64,000 nt of DNA from Candidatus Latescibacterota bacterium (GTDB lineage Bacteria; Latescibacterota; UBA2968; UBA8231). Location of the stretch: the NCBI GenBank assembly GCA_963422735.1, contig OY730476.1:928001-992000 (forward strand). Reading direction: 5' to 3'. The notes below the pieces were generated by a model. That model saw nothing but the letters and a program-made list of their open reading frames with translations, ran no database searches and had not been told where the DNA came from. Shown piece by piece: positions 30,007 to 40,388 of this stretch (position 1 is the first letter of the stretch; each line of letters opens with the position of its first letter). The position numbers were made by a program, and so were the translations under genes.

Positions 30007-31272
30007 CTACGGCTCCTCCCACCGACTGACAACCTGCTTCTCCTTTTGGACTCGCTGGTGCAGATTCTGCCATTCTTTCGAGCCATCGTCCTCCCAAGTT
30101 TCGGTGCGCACGCCCTCCACATAGGTTCCCGGAGCGCTGGGGTATTCCATGTGTATGCAGGTACCGCCAGGATAGACGATGGTGTTGATCAGCCGCGGTT
30201 TCGGGTGTGTGTAGAGCTGCCCCTGACGCGCATGTTCCTCGATCTGCTCCTGCGGAACGCGGTATTGCTCAACCGCCGCCTCATCAACCTCGACGCCGAG
30301 GCCCTGCCCGTCGGGAACCCGCTGGTGCCCGTTGATCACCTGAACAGGCTCGGTCAGTAGCTGGTGGCTGTACATATTGATACAGCTAATAGCCGGCCAC
30401 CGGGCATGCGTTAGCACCGAGCCGAGATGGGCGTCCCACGTGGTCGTCAACCCATTGCCGACGATCTGCAACCAGAACGGCATGGAAACTTCCGCGGCGC
30501 ATTGCCCCTGGCGCATGGTTAGTGATTGTCCGCCCCCAATCACAAAGCCATCGCAAACTTCTTCGCGCACAGCCGTGAGAAACGGCGGCGAACCAAAGTG
30601 CATGGCCACCGGCCTGTTCACGGCCTGGCGGATCTGGCGATTGCCGAGAATGTCCTCCTGCGGAATGGGTGTTTCGAACATAGCCACGTTTTCGTAGCGC
30701 TCGAGCCTCTTTATGATCGGAATGGCGTTGGCCGCGTTCTCCCAAGAGCCGTTGGGATCGAGATCGAGATGGAAATGGGGGGGCACCACCTTGCATATGG
30801 CGTCAACCTGCGCGACGATGTCGTTCCAGGGCCTCGGTTTGTTCTTGAGGTTCGCGTACCCTTGCGCCACGGCCTCGGCCGCTTCGGCAGCCCAGTTTTC
30901 CGGTGAGGAGTGACTGCACCACCAAGAGATCGGCGTCCAGTCGCGCACTTTTGTACCCATCAGCCGATGCACCGGGACTTCGAGTATCTTGCCGACCACG
31001 TCGAACAGCGCCATCTGCAAACCGGCGCCTAGGCTGTCTTCGTGCATCAGTTCGGCTGGGCTTTGACCGATTGTGCGCGCAATCGCATCATCGGTCACCC
31101 GGCCGTAGGTGTAGTGAATGACGGTCTCTCCCCAGCCCACGTGGCCAGTATCGGTGGTGACCTTACACAGCTCGAGGATGGACCAGTTGTAAACCGACTG
31201 GCGGGTTATCTCCTGCTGCCTAGGCGTGAACGGGACATCGACAATAATGCGTTCGACATTGGTGACTTTCAT
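30007..31272 (-). CDS. Mandelate racemase/muconate lactonizing enzyme family enolase
   Basis: GWGE, MALFD, KxK, D-PN, ETP and GLGVEVD motifs. Confidence 0.88.
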   Translation of the reverse strand: MKVTNVERIIVDVPFTPRQQEITRQSVYNWSILELCKVTTDTGHVGWGETVIHYTYGRVTDDAIARTIGQSPAELMHEDSLGAGLQMALFDVVGKILEVPVHRLMGTKVRDWTPISWWCSHSSPENWAAEAAEAVAQGYANLKNKPRPWNDIVAQVDAICKVVPPHFHLDLDPNGSWENAANAIPIIKRLERYENVAMFETPIPQEDILGNRQIRQAVNRPVAMHFGSPPFLTAVREEVCDGFVIGGGQSLTMRQGQCAAEVSMPFWLQIVGNGLTTTWDAHLGSVLTHARWPAISCINMYSHQLLTEPVQVINGHQRVPDGQGLGVEVDEAAVEQYRVPQEQIEEHARQGQLYTHPKPRLINTIVYPGGTCIHMEYPSAPGTYVEGVRTETWEDDGSKEWQNLHQRVQKEKQVVSRWEEP

Positions 31273-31557
31273 GGGGGCTTCCTTTCAGCAAAAACAAGGT
31301 GCAGGGTGTCTTCACAGGATGGGGTGTGTTGTTGAAAAGCAATGGATAGCTATATCTTAAGCGGACATGGAGGTGGACCCGGACCTTCGCTGGTAAGATA
31401 ATTTCACCTCAACCAGTGATCCAGTCTTAGGGGTCCACTACACTGCCACCACCGAGAGACTGCCTCGATGACTGACCACAGAAACGCAAGGAAGGCACCC
31501 AGACGCCGCCCGCCCCGAATTCGCCTGAATACGGGTACTTGGAGTCCTCTGGTTGAC

Positions 31558-33019
31558 ATGATCGACGTCTTTCCAGGGCACCGTGGCACCAGTCGGCACG
31601 GTGAATTGGAGCTGTATGACGCCCCGCTTGGTATCCGCTTTGAGATCGAAGAGGCCATTAAGTCCGAACCGATCCTGCAGGCGACAATGGAGTGGGAAGG
31701 CGCCCACATCTCGCCGCTCTACATCTGGCAGCGGGACGGGCGCTATCACTTGCTTTACGACAGCGAGGGGGGCCAGTGTTACGCGGTCAGGGACGATGCG
31801 TATAGCTGGACGCGACCGGTCCTAAACGAGGTCGAATTCAACGGATCGTCCAAGAACAACCTGATATCCAACTCATGCAAAAGGGCAACCGGAGTCTTCG
31901 AAGACCCCAGCGCACCTGACAAGGAGCGCTTCAAGGCGATGGGCGGCCGCATGTACTGGTGGGATCCGGACAGCGGTGAAGAGCTGTCCCGGCGCATCAA
32001 GGCGGAGCAGGAGCAAGAGGACTGCACCGGTCCTAGGGCCGAAATCACGGGCCACATGTTCGCCTGGACGTCATCCGACTGCCTCCACTGGACTCCCGTT
32101 GCAGAGCCGCTGGCGTACCGACCGGTCAACGGCGGCATATCGGCCCGTTACGACGAACACCGCGGCAACTACTTCGCCTACATCCAGCTAATGGGCTACC
32201 CTGCCGAGCTGCTCGAAGGCATCGGTGTCAATAGGCATGCAGGTCCGCACCATCGGCTTCTCGCGCACCGACGACTTTGCCAACTGGCCCGCTCCTAAGC
32301 TGGTCCATCACCCCGATACCGAGGACCCTCCCGACATCAGCTTTTACGGCGCCAACTACTTCCCTTACCCAGGCCGCGACGACCTGCACGGCATGCTCAT
32401 CCCGGTGTACCACCAGATCGCCAGCACCATTGACGGGCAGATCGCCTTCAGCCGCGATGGCCTCTACTGGTACCGTCCTGAGCGCCGGCCCTGCCTGCCG
32501 CTGGGTGCCGAGGGAGAGGGCGACGAATGCATGGCCCACTTCTGGCGCAGCGGCCTCGTCGAGCTGCCCGATGGATACTGGGCCTGTCCATACGCGGCGT
32601 TCTCGGTCATTCACGATTGCCCAGCCGACAAGGTGGCCAAGCTCTTTCCTGCGCGGCAGCCACAGCAGATTCGCTGGGCGCGCTGGCGACCGCACCGGTT
32701 CTGCGGGGTGCGCGCCAGCACCGAGGGATGCTTCTCCCTGCCCTCCCTCTTCCGCACCCACGATGAGCTGCGCCTCAACTATCGCTGCGAGCCGGGCGGC
32801 TGGATTCAGATTGAACTGCTGGAGAAGCTGCCGTCGTTGATGCTCCCCGATGCCGACCCGATGCCGGGGTTCACCTTTGATGAATGCGATCGTCTAACGG
32901 GTGATTGTGAAGACCGGGTGGTAACCTGGCAAGGCCGCTCCAATATCTCCGCGGCCGGAGAGGCGGTCGGTATCCGGGTGCGTATGCTCGGTGCCAAGCT
33001 ATTTGCCTATCGCGTCTAG
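31558..33019 (+). pseudogene. Beta-propeller glycoside-hydrolase-like protein, frameshifted near 32232
   Basis: Two consecutive ORFs form one family-typical protein (WTRPVL, VFEDP...ERFK, SRTDDF..W, QIAFSRDG, AKLFAY). Confidence 0.65.
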
Positions 33020-33027
33020 GGTTCACC

Positions 33028-33250
33028 ATGGCCCTCACCTTCTACTGCCCCGCCTGCCAGACCCCCTATCCCCAAGCCCCGGCCCCTTACCGCCGCTTCG
33101 CCTGCGCGGCGAAGGATCGTCGATAACCAAGAGCACCAAACGCATCGACAGCGAGCGACGCTCCCTAGCCGAGCGATCGGCGACTTGGCCCTCCCACGCG
33201 AACAAATCGACGACCTGCTGCGCGAAATTTTAGAGGAGGTGACGCTATGA
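33028..33250 (+). pseudogene. Chimeric remnant: CxxC N-terminus joined to the C-terminus of a YtrA/GntR-type regulator
   Basis: MALTFYCPACQTPYP is followed by RGEGSSIT...ERRSLAE and LPREQIDDLLREILEE, immediately before an ABC ATPase. Confidence 0.45.
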
Positions 33251-33936
33251 TAGAAGTACAAAACCTGTGGAAGCGATACCCCGGTGTGACGGCCTTGGGG
33301 GGCATTTCCCTAACCGTCGAAAAGGGCCGGGTCATGGGCATTCTCGGCGAGAATGGGAGCGGCAAAAGTACGCTCTTCAAAATCCTCGCCGGCGTCGCCC
33401 ACGCCAGCGAAGGCAGCGCGAGCATCTCGGGCCAGCCGGTCGGCGTGCAAACGCGCCGCATCACTTCGTACCTGCCCGAGATCAATCCGTTCTACGACTG
33501 GATGCACGTCAGCGAGCAGTTCGAATTTCTAGCTGCGTTCTTTCCGGGGTGGGACATGGGCAAATCCCGCGAGCTACTCGGCCTGATGAAGGTCGATAGC
33601 CACCGGAAGATCGGCACCCTGTCCGATGGTCAGCGGGCGCGATTGAAAGTGGTAGCCGCCTTTTCGCGGCCGAGTAAGGTGGTGCTAATGGACGAGCCAC
33701 TCGGACGGATCGACCCGCCGTCGCGGCGGCGCATCCTAGAGACCCTGCTGAGTGAGTTTCGCGTCGGCGAGCAGACGATCCTGATATCGACCCATCTCGT
33801 CAGCGAGGTGGAAGAGCTAATAGAAAAAGTGGCCTTCCTGCGCCACGGCGAGATCGCAGTCAGCGGTAACATCGAAGAGTTGCGGCAAAATCGCGGCATG
33901 TCGCTCAGCGACATTTTTGAGGAGGTGGTAGCGTGA
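33247..33936 (+). CDS. ABC transporter ATP-binding protein
   Basis: GENGSGKS, LSDGQ, VVLMDEP and STH motifs. Confidence 0.92.
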   Translation: MIEVQNLWKRYPGVTALGGISLTVEKGRVMGILGENGSGKSTLFKILAGVAHASEGSASISGQPVGVQTRRITSYLPEINPFYDWMHVSEQFEFLAAFFPGWDMGKSRELLGLMKVDSHRKIGTLSDGQRARLKVVAAFSRPSKVVLMDEPLGRIDPPSRRRILETLLSEFRVGEQTILISTHLVSEVEELIEKVAFLRHGEIAVSGNIEELRQNRGMSLSDIFEEVVA

Positions 33937-34736
33937 ATATTTGGAAGACGCTGTATATAAAGGAAATAAAAGACAATCGCACCCTGTTCATCTTGCTACC
34001 GTTGGCGACGGCCTTTCTCGAGCTGGTTGCGGTGCTGTCTTTCGACGACGCACAGGGGCCCTCTCCCCACGCTCTGTGGAGCTTGGTTCCCTATGCGTTT
34101 TTGCTGATCCTGCCCTTTGCGCTCAGCCACTCGTTCGCCCAAGAAGTGAAAGGACAGACCCATTATCTGCTGCTCTCGCTGCCGGTATCGCGTACGCAGA
34201 TCTTCGCAGCCAAGGCCGCGGCCTTGGCAACGCTCGGCATCATCTTATTCGCGCTGAGCAGCGCTGGTTTCATCGGGGTTCTCGGCCAACTGCACGCGCT
34301 CGCCGCCCAAGCGGAGAGAATAACATCCGATGCCCTACAGTTTAGTCTCCTCCCGTTCAGCAGCATCGCGGTGGACTTACTCGTTCTCAGCGGCATGTTT
34401 TATCTGTCGGCCATGGCGGTGATGCTGGGCATTGCCGGCGGGGCCTCCGGCCTGAAGTTGGTGGTACGGCGCTTTGCCGGACTCGCTTCTACCGCATTCG
34501 TCTTAGGCGTGTTGTACTTCTACTTTAGCACACTGCCCGAGGTGCTCGACTTACCTGAGATCCTTGGCACGTACGAAGTATCGTTCGGGACCGACCTCAA
34601 CGTTCTTAGCATGCAGAATAACATAGATTCGGAGCCTATTGAGGTCAGTTTCACGTTCCTCGCGTACTCGAGCCTCGTCGGGCTGGCGTCTATGGGGATC
34701 GGGATGTGGCTGTTTGAAAAGCGGGCCGAAGCCTAG
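33933..34736 (+). CDS. ABC-2-type permease
   Basis: Multiple TM segments and LLSLPVSRTQIFAAK; coupled to the ATPase by a GTGA overlap. Confidence 0.85.
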   Translation: MNIWKTLYIKEIKDNRTLFILLPLATAFLELVAVLSFDDAQGPSPHALWSLVPYAFLLILPFALSHSFAQEVKGQTHYLLLSLPVSRTQIFAAKAAALATLGIILFALSSAGFIGVLGQLHALAAQAERITSDALQFSLLPFSSIAVDLLVLSGMFYLSAMAVMLGIAGGASGLKLVVRRFAGLASTAFVLGVLYFYFSTLPEVLDLPEILGTYEVSFGTDLNVLSMQNNIDSEPIEVSFTFLAYSSLVGLASMGIGMWLFEKRAEA

Positions 34737-35625
34737 CGGATCGCTTGCGCTCGGCCCACGTGAGTCGCTTGCGGCGATGCAACGCAACATCGTCGCGGTA
34801 GGCGTCGGGGTCGCGGTCCAAGCCGGTCTCGCGGTCGAGGAAGAGCGGGAAGTCAGAGAGCGGGGGTTTGGCGTTGTGGTAGGCGTGGGTGTAGGAGCGC
34901 ATGATGATGCGCTGCTCGCGGTTGAGCGTCTCAAGCCAAGCGGGATCGGACTGGAGGCGGTCGGCTGGGGTGATCCAAGCCGGACAATAGGCGTAGAAGA
35001 TATTCTTGCGCACCGCGTCGCTCTCGTTGGGCTCGACGCGATGCCAAATGCTCGAGTGCATGACGGTCATAGTGCCCTTGCGCAGGCAGACCACCCGTTC
35101 GCCGGGAATCGGCTGGTGGCTGTCGTACTCATCGACGTATTGCTTGCGGTGGCTGCCGGGCAAAACCACTAGGTTGCCCATTTTTGCCCGTGGCAGGTCG
35201 GTCAGCCAGAAGCCGATCTTGATTTGCAGCGGCAAATCGGGCGAAAAGGTGCCGTAGGGCACGGCGCGGGCACCGTCGGGATGCCAGATATTATAGCGGT
35301 CGCCACCGGGCGGACGAATAAAAAACTGGCTCTGGTGTAGCTTGAGCAGTTCGCCAAAAAGATCGTAGGCGTAGCCAATGTGACGGGGGTGATCAATCAG
35401 CGCGGCGAAGACGGGATCGCGCTCGACGATATTCTCGCAGCCGAAGGTCTGCCCTGCCCGGTATTTGGGGCTGGATTGGCAAACGCGATCGACGGCGGCC
35501 GCGAGTTCATCGAAAGCCTCTTGGTCGAGAGCGTCTTCAAAAAAGAGGATCCCCTCGCGGTTGAAGGTTTCCCACTCGTCGTCTGTAAAGCCAGGCGGGA
35601 CGATGCGGTAGGTAGAATCGGTCAT
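34690..35625 (-). CDS. Phytanoyl-CoA dioxygenase (PhyH) family protein
   Basis: WHPD, VLPGSH and IWH motifs. Confidence 0.88.
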   Translation of the reverse strand: MTDSTYRIVPPGFTDDEWETFNREGILFFEDALDQEAFDELAAAVDRVCQSSPKYRAGQTFGCENIVERDPVFAALIDHPRHIGYAYDLFGELLKLHQSQFFIRPPGGDRYNIWHPDGARAVPYGTFSPDLPLQIKIGFWLTDLPRAKMGNLVVLPGSHRKQYVDEYDSHQPIPGERVVCLRKGTMTVMHSSIWHRVEPNESDAVRKNIFYAYCPAWITPADRLQSDPAWLETLNREQRIIMRSYTHAYHNAKPPLSDFPLFLDRETGLDRDPDAYRDDVALHRRKRLTWAERKRSARLRPAFQTATSRSP

Positions 35626-35724
35626 CGTTCAAGCTCCTGTATGAAAGGTCAATAGGTGTGGGCTAGCCAAGGGCGGCCCGGTACCAGTCCTTTATTGATG
35701 GCTTTTCTGGCCTCACCGATCCAG

Positions 35725-36471
35725 CTATGCGCGGCGCTGGTACGCAATGGCGTAAAAAGCCTCGGTCCGGCCGCTGCGGTTCGGCTCGCTGCGGTGCCAA
35801 GTGTAATTGCTGAAGAACAGGCCGTCCCCCGGCCTAGTGGCGATTAGCTTCTCGCGGACAAAATCTACCTGCTCTGTGGGCACCCGATGGCGCTTAAAAG
35901 GCTGGAAGCCGTCGTCGCCCACGTGGCCCATGGGCGGATCGTCGTAGTACGACTCGTGCTCGATGAGCCGCCAGCCTCGGTGGCTGGCCGGCATCACGGC
36001 CAAAGCGCTGGCTTCTTCCCCGACTTCCGTCAGGGGGATCCAGCAGTTGCAACCCAACTCTGGCGCTATTTTCCAGTAGAACGAATCCTGGTGGAAATAG
36101 CTGCGGCCCCCCTGCTCTTCGACGATTGCGGTGTGCTTGACCCCTATTTGATCGGTAAAGCGCTCTACTGGCCCCCCCAGCAAGGCCGCCATGACTTCGG
36201 CCAAGCGCGGATGATCGGCGATGCGCGCGAATACATCCTCTTGGCTGGCTGGCTGCTGAATGCCGCCCGGCAGCGGACGGCCCTCGGCGGCTGTATAACG
36301 GCTTGGATCGAGCACTTGGAAATGCTTTGCCGGCCACTCGGGTAAGGCTCCCGCTATTTCCATAGTGCGCTGGCGTACGGCCTCGATCCGATCGGCCGGG
36401 ATCAATTCTTTAATCAGGCAATAGCCGTCTTCTCGGTATTGCCGCAGGTGCGTCTTTGTTGCTAAAGCCAT
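35725..36471 (-). CDS. PhyH family protein
   Basis: FHQDSFYW, VMPASH, PGD and WHRSEPNRS motifs. Confidence 0.9.
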   Translation of the reverse strand: MALATKTHLRQYREDGYCLIKELIPADRIEAVRQRTMEIAGALPEWPAKHFQVLDPSRYTAAEGRPLPGGIQQPASQEDVFARIADHPRLAEVMAALLGGPVERFTDQIGVKHTAIVEEQGGRSYFHQDSFYWKIAPELGCNCWIPLTEVGEEASALAVMPASHRGWRLIEHESYYDDPPMGHVGDDGFQPFKRHRVPTEQVDFVREKLIATRPGDGLFFSNYTWHRSEPNRSGRTEAFYAIAYQRRA

Positions 36472-36503
36472 AATTTCTCCTCCCGCCAGTTATGGGTCTG
36501 CCC

Positions 36504-37688
36504 CTACCCCGCCTCGACATCGGAGCGATAGGGCACGCGCCCGTGTAGCAGCGCATCGCAGGCCGCCCCCATCGCTGGATTGCCGCCGGTCAAACGCCCC
36601 GTCGCCCGGGCCTGAGCCGCGGTCAAGCCGCCGGCAAACAATTGCGCAAAGGTGTTAATGTCGCAGCACAGCGCGTCTTTTTTTGACTGCGCCGCAACCT
36701 GCACCTGACCTCCTTCCACCTGCACAGTCGCGGCCAGCGGCTGGGCGGCATTCACCACCCAATCGGCTATCTCAAACGAGATCGTCGCCCGCAGCTTTTC
36801 AGGTGGCTTCAGATGCGCTAGGGCCTCGGCCACGTCCAAAACCCGCAGCCCTAGGTCGTGCTCGACGGAACCATCAAAGCGCTCAGGGAAAGCGTGAAGC
36901 AACAAGCTGTCGGGCGGCAGTTCAAGTTTCATTGCACCTACTCCGTCCATATCGGCCAAGGACCGCACGAGCTTCAATTGGGCAGCAAAAGAAGCTCCGT
37001 GTAGCTCCCGCACGGTAATGCGTTTGCCCTGAGCGCGCCCCATATCCCCCATCTCAACCAAGGCGGAGCAGTCCACCCCCCCACCGCTTCCCTCCCCCAC
37101 CCAAAGCTCGCGCCCTATCTCCTCCTTTTGCCAAAACTTTTCCGCACGCACCGACTGCCCATTCCGCAACTGCGCCCCTTCGCTGTACAGCCGATGCACG
37201 GCACTCGCGTCGTCCGCGGTCGCCCGTCGCACCGTCCCGGCCTCGGCCGTGGCTTGGCGGACCAGATCCGGCCATACTTTCAGGTCTAATCTCGGTGCCG
37301 GACAAGCCCAACCGAACTTGCCGTACCACCGGAAGGAGAAAGGCCACAGCGGGCTGATACAGCAACCGCGTTCCCGCAGTATGTGAATGGCCTGCACTAT
37401 AAGCCCACCGGCATGACCGCGCCGCTGATGCTTGGGATCGGTGGCCACGCCGCCAATGGCCCCGGCCGGGATCTGCGCCGGACCCCACCACAGCACTTCG
37501 GGCAAATAGCTCAAGGCGCACACCAAAGTTCCCTCCCGATCGAAGCCGGCCAAGGTCGTCTCATCCTCCCCGTACCAATCTTCGGCGTGTTCCATAAAGG
37601 CGCGTCCGGCCACTAGGCGGGCACGGGGTATATCCTCCGGCCCTATCTGGCGGACATTTAGGTCTTTATTGTAATGGGGTTGCTGCAT
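36504..37688 (-). CDS. Eis-like GNAT acetyltransferase
   Basis: IGGVATDPKHQRRGHA, LWPFSFRWYGKFGW, LRVLDV and an SCP-like C-terminus. Confidence 0.88.
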   Translation of the reverse strand: MQQPHYNKDLNVRQIGPEDIPRARLVAGRAFMEHAEDWYGEDETTLAGFDREGTLVCALSYLPEVLWWGPAQIPAGAIGGVATDPKHQRRGHAGGLIVQAIHILRERGCCISPLWPFSFRWYGKFGWACPAPRLDLKVWPDLVRQATAEAGTVRRATADDASAVHRLYSEGAQLRNGQSVRAEKFWQKEEIGRELWVGEGSGGGVDCSALVEMGDMGRAQGKRITVRELHGASFAAQLKLVRSLADMDGVGAMKLELPPDSLLLHAFPERFDGSVEHDLGLRVLDVAEALAHLKPPEKLRATISFEIADWVVNAAQPLAATVQVEGGQVQVAAQSKKDALCCDINTFAQLFAGGLTAAQARATGRLTGGNPAMGAACDALLHGRVPYRSDVEAG

Positions 37689-37777
37689 AGTCGTTCTCCT
37701 CTTCAGGGCATTGTCTTGCCATCCCAAGTATCGCTATTATACCCAACAACGAGAAGCGGCCAATCTGGAGAGACAAA

Positions 37778-38902
37778 ATGAAAATCATCAATCGCGGCGT
37801 CATCAACCGCGGCCAGCCCAATACGCCGCGCGCCTTTTCGACCTTTCCCGCGCTCACCCCGCTAGCCGACGGTTCGCTGCTGGCCACCTATCGCGTCGGC
37901 AGCAGCAAGGATTCGGCGGACGGTACGCTCGAACTCAAGCGCTCGGACGATGGCGGACGATCTTGGAGCGACCCCGCAACCCCTTTCGCCACGACCTTAA
38001 ACGGGCTGAACGGATCGCTCCGGGTGGGCTATATCACCGACTTGGGCAACGGCCATTTGTTGCTGGCCGCCCTGTGGGTTGACCGCCAGACCTATCCGGG
38101 CCAACCCCTCTTTAACGACGAGACCGAGGGCTGCCTGCCCATGGAGATCGTCTTAGCCGATTCCCACGACCTAGGGCGCACCTGGTCCGACTGGCGCGTC
38201 GCGTCCGTTCCCCCGGATGTTGGCCCGCCCAGCCTGACCAACCCCGTACTCGTCCTGCCCAGCGGTCGGTTGGCCTTGAGCATTGAGACCAATAAGACCT
38301 ATTGGGACCGGGGCCAGTGGCTGCAACGGGTGGTGTACATGTACTCGACGGATCGCGGCCAGACCTGGGGCGATCCCGTTACCACCTGCGAGGACCCCAC
38401 CGGCCGCCTCTTCAACTGGGATCAACGAGCCGGCGTCTGCCCCGATGGCCGCGTGGTCACCTTCACTTGGACCTACGACCGGCAGACGACCCAGTACCTC
38501 AATATCCAGCGCCACCTCAGCGCGGACGAAGGGGCCACTTGGTCCGCCTCCGATGATCTCGGTTTTCCCGACCAAGCCGCGCATCCGGCTATTTTGCCCG
38601 ACGGCCGCGTGGTCTTGGCTTGGGTCGATCGCTTCCAATCGCACTCGATCCGCGCCCGCCTAGCCCCGGCGGCAGACGCCCCCTTTGACGCGGCCACTGA
38701 AGTAGAGATCTACCGCCAGACAGCCGCATCTTCGCAAACCGCTGCTGGCCAAGGGGACACCGGCGACCTACTGGCCGAAATGGGCCTGTGGAGTTTTGGT
38801 CTGCCCTTTTCAGCGACCCTGCCCGACGGCGACGTCATGGTCGTCTATTACGCCGGCGACGACGCCTGTATGGAAGTGCGGTGGGCCCGTTTGCCTTTAT
38901 AA
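37778..38902 (+). CDS. Sialidase/BNR-repeat protein
   Basis: Asp-boxes SDDGGRSW, SHDLGRTW, STDRGQTW and SADEGATW. Confidence 0.88.
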   Translation: MKIINRGVINRGQPNTPRAFSTFPALTPLADGSLLATYRVGSSKDSADGTLELKRSDDGGRSWSDPATPFATTLNGLNGSLRVGYITDLGNGHLLLAALWVDRQTYPGQPLFNDETEGCLPMEIVLADSHDLGRTWSDWRVASVPPDVGPPSLTNPVLVLPSGRLALSIETNKTYWDRGQWLQRVVYMYSTDRGQTWGDPVTTCEDPTGRLFNWDQRAGVCPDGRVVTFTWTYDRQTTQYLNIQRHLSADEGATWSASDDLGFPDQAAHPAILPDGRVVLAWVDRFQSHSIRARLAPAADAPFDAATEVEIYRQTAASSQTAAGQGDTGDLLAEMGLWSFGLPFSATLPDGDVMVVYYAGDDACMEVRWARLPL

Positions 38903-38917
38903 GGAGGACGCTTTCCC

Positions 38918-39300
38918 ATGCAGCAATCGCCCGCGCACCCGAATCTACTCTACGTCCACTCCGACCAGCACAATCCCTGCGTCATGGGCTGGGCTGGCGA
39001 TCCAGTGGTGGAGACGCCGCATTTCCAAGCCTTGCGAAGCTACCGCCTTGGGCCGCATGGGCCGGACCTGAAGGGGGCGGTGCGCTTTTTGGCCTCGCCC
39101 GCAGCCGACCATACCACCGGGCACAACCTAGTGGTGGACGGCGGCTTTTGCATTACGAGCATCAAACCCCGGAAGCCTTGGCAGCGCCCGACCCAGTACG
39201 GCGTCAGCCTTTGGGCGAGCTGGGCAGCGGCAGCAGGCGACGACCCCTTGGTGCATCCGCTGTCGCGTTATTGGCGGCCCAAAGACGAGGATAACCCGCT
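38918..39300 (+). pseudogene. Chimeric remnant: sulfatase N-terminus + SDR C-terminus + unknown piece
   Basis: PNLLYVHSDQH...VVETPH (sulfatase start) is joined to RLG..DLKGAVRFLAS.A...TGHNLVVDGG (SDR end). Confidence 0.75.
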
Positions 39301-39352
39301 CATAAGCTTGGGCGGAGAATTATCGGTTTATACTGAAGGAGGAGACCGTCTC

Positions 39353-40147
39353 GTGACCCAACAAAACCTGCGCCACCTCACCCCCGCTCAAGCCGAGCGC
39401 TTCCACCTCGACGGCTGTCTGACCGTCGAGGATGTACTGACCCCGGACGAGATAGCCGCTTTAGCGGCCCATGCCGACCGCATTGCTGCTGGCGAGCTGG
39501 AGCATATCCCCGACACCAGCATCCAACTCGAAGCCGTCTTCCGTCGCGGCGAAAAAGCAGTCACCGACCAAGTGCTGGCCGTGCGCAAACTGTACAACTT
39601 AGCAGTGTACGACGACGTGATGTGGGCCCACGTCACCCACCCCAAAATCGCCGACATCGCCGCCGATTTGCTCGGCACCAACGACATCAAAATGTACGGC
39701 GACCAGCTCTTTATGAAAGCTCCGCGCACCGGCACAGCTCAGGGCTGGCATCAGGATTCGGCCTCTTGGCGCGACATTTTCCCCATGGACTTGGTCTCTG
39801 CTTGGACCGCCATTGACGCGGCCACCCTCGACAACGGCTGCCTCAACTTTGCCCCGGGCACCCACCGCTGGGGCATGTTGCGGGGTGAGCGCCTAGCCCC
39901 TTTTGTCGCCGACTTAGAAAGCGGCGGGTGGCCCATCCGACCCGCTCCCCTCCGCCCCGGCAGCATTAGTTTCCACCACAGCCTAGCGCTGCATCAGAGC
40001 AATGCCAATCGGACCGGTACGCGGCGCAGGGGCTATGCTGTACACTATATGCGCGCGACTTCTTGGCGCGACGAGGCGGTCACCGACGCGCCTAAGATGC
40101 CTCCCTTTAAGCAGGTGCGGGGCCGGTCTTTTCCCGGCAGGGTTTAA
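39353..40147 (+). CDS. PhyH family protein
   Basis: AAGGAGGAG RBS plus GTG; WHQD, NGCL..PGTH and LHQS..NRT motifs. Confidence 0.9.
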   Translation: MTQQNLRHLTPAQAERFHLDGCLTVEDVLTPDEIAALAAHADRIAAGELEHIPDTSIQLEAVFRRGEKAVTDQVLAVRKLYNLAVYDDVMWAHVTHPKIADIAADLLGTNDIKMYGDQLFMKAPRTGTAQGWHQDSASWRDIFPMDLVSAWTAIDAATLDNGCLNFAPGTHRWGMLRGERLAPFVADLESGGWPIRPAPLRPGSISFHHSLALHQSNANRTGTRRRGYAVHYMRATSWRDEAVTDAPKMPPFKQVRGRSFPGRV

Positions 40148-40293
40148 TGGGCAGAGCACTCTATAGCCGCACGCCACAATATAATACATGAAGGGAAACA
40201 GAAAGGACGCTCGCGTTGTTTTCCGCAAGAAGCTATCGTCAACAGATGTGCAAAAGAAGGCTGCTAAGTGCCCCTGAAATCGAGCGTATCTGC

Positions 40294-40344
40294 GAAGTCG
40301 CCCTACCGCTCGACGCGATTAACGCCGCCTCGGCGCGGGAGAAG
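40294..40344 (+). pseudogene. N-terminal relic of a DUF1156 adenine methylase
   Basis: EVALPLDAINAASAREK is the characteristic start of this family. Confidence 0.65.
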
Positions 40345-40388
40345 CCGACGAGACCTCTATCGGCGGCAAGCCAAGAAAACGTCATAAA

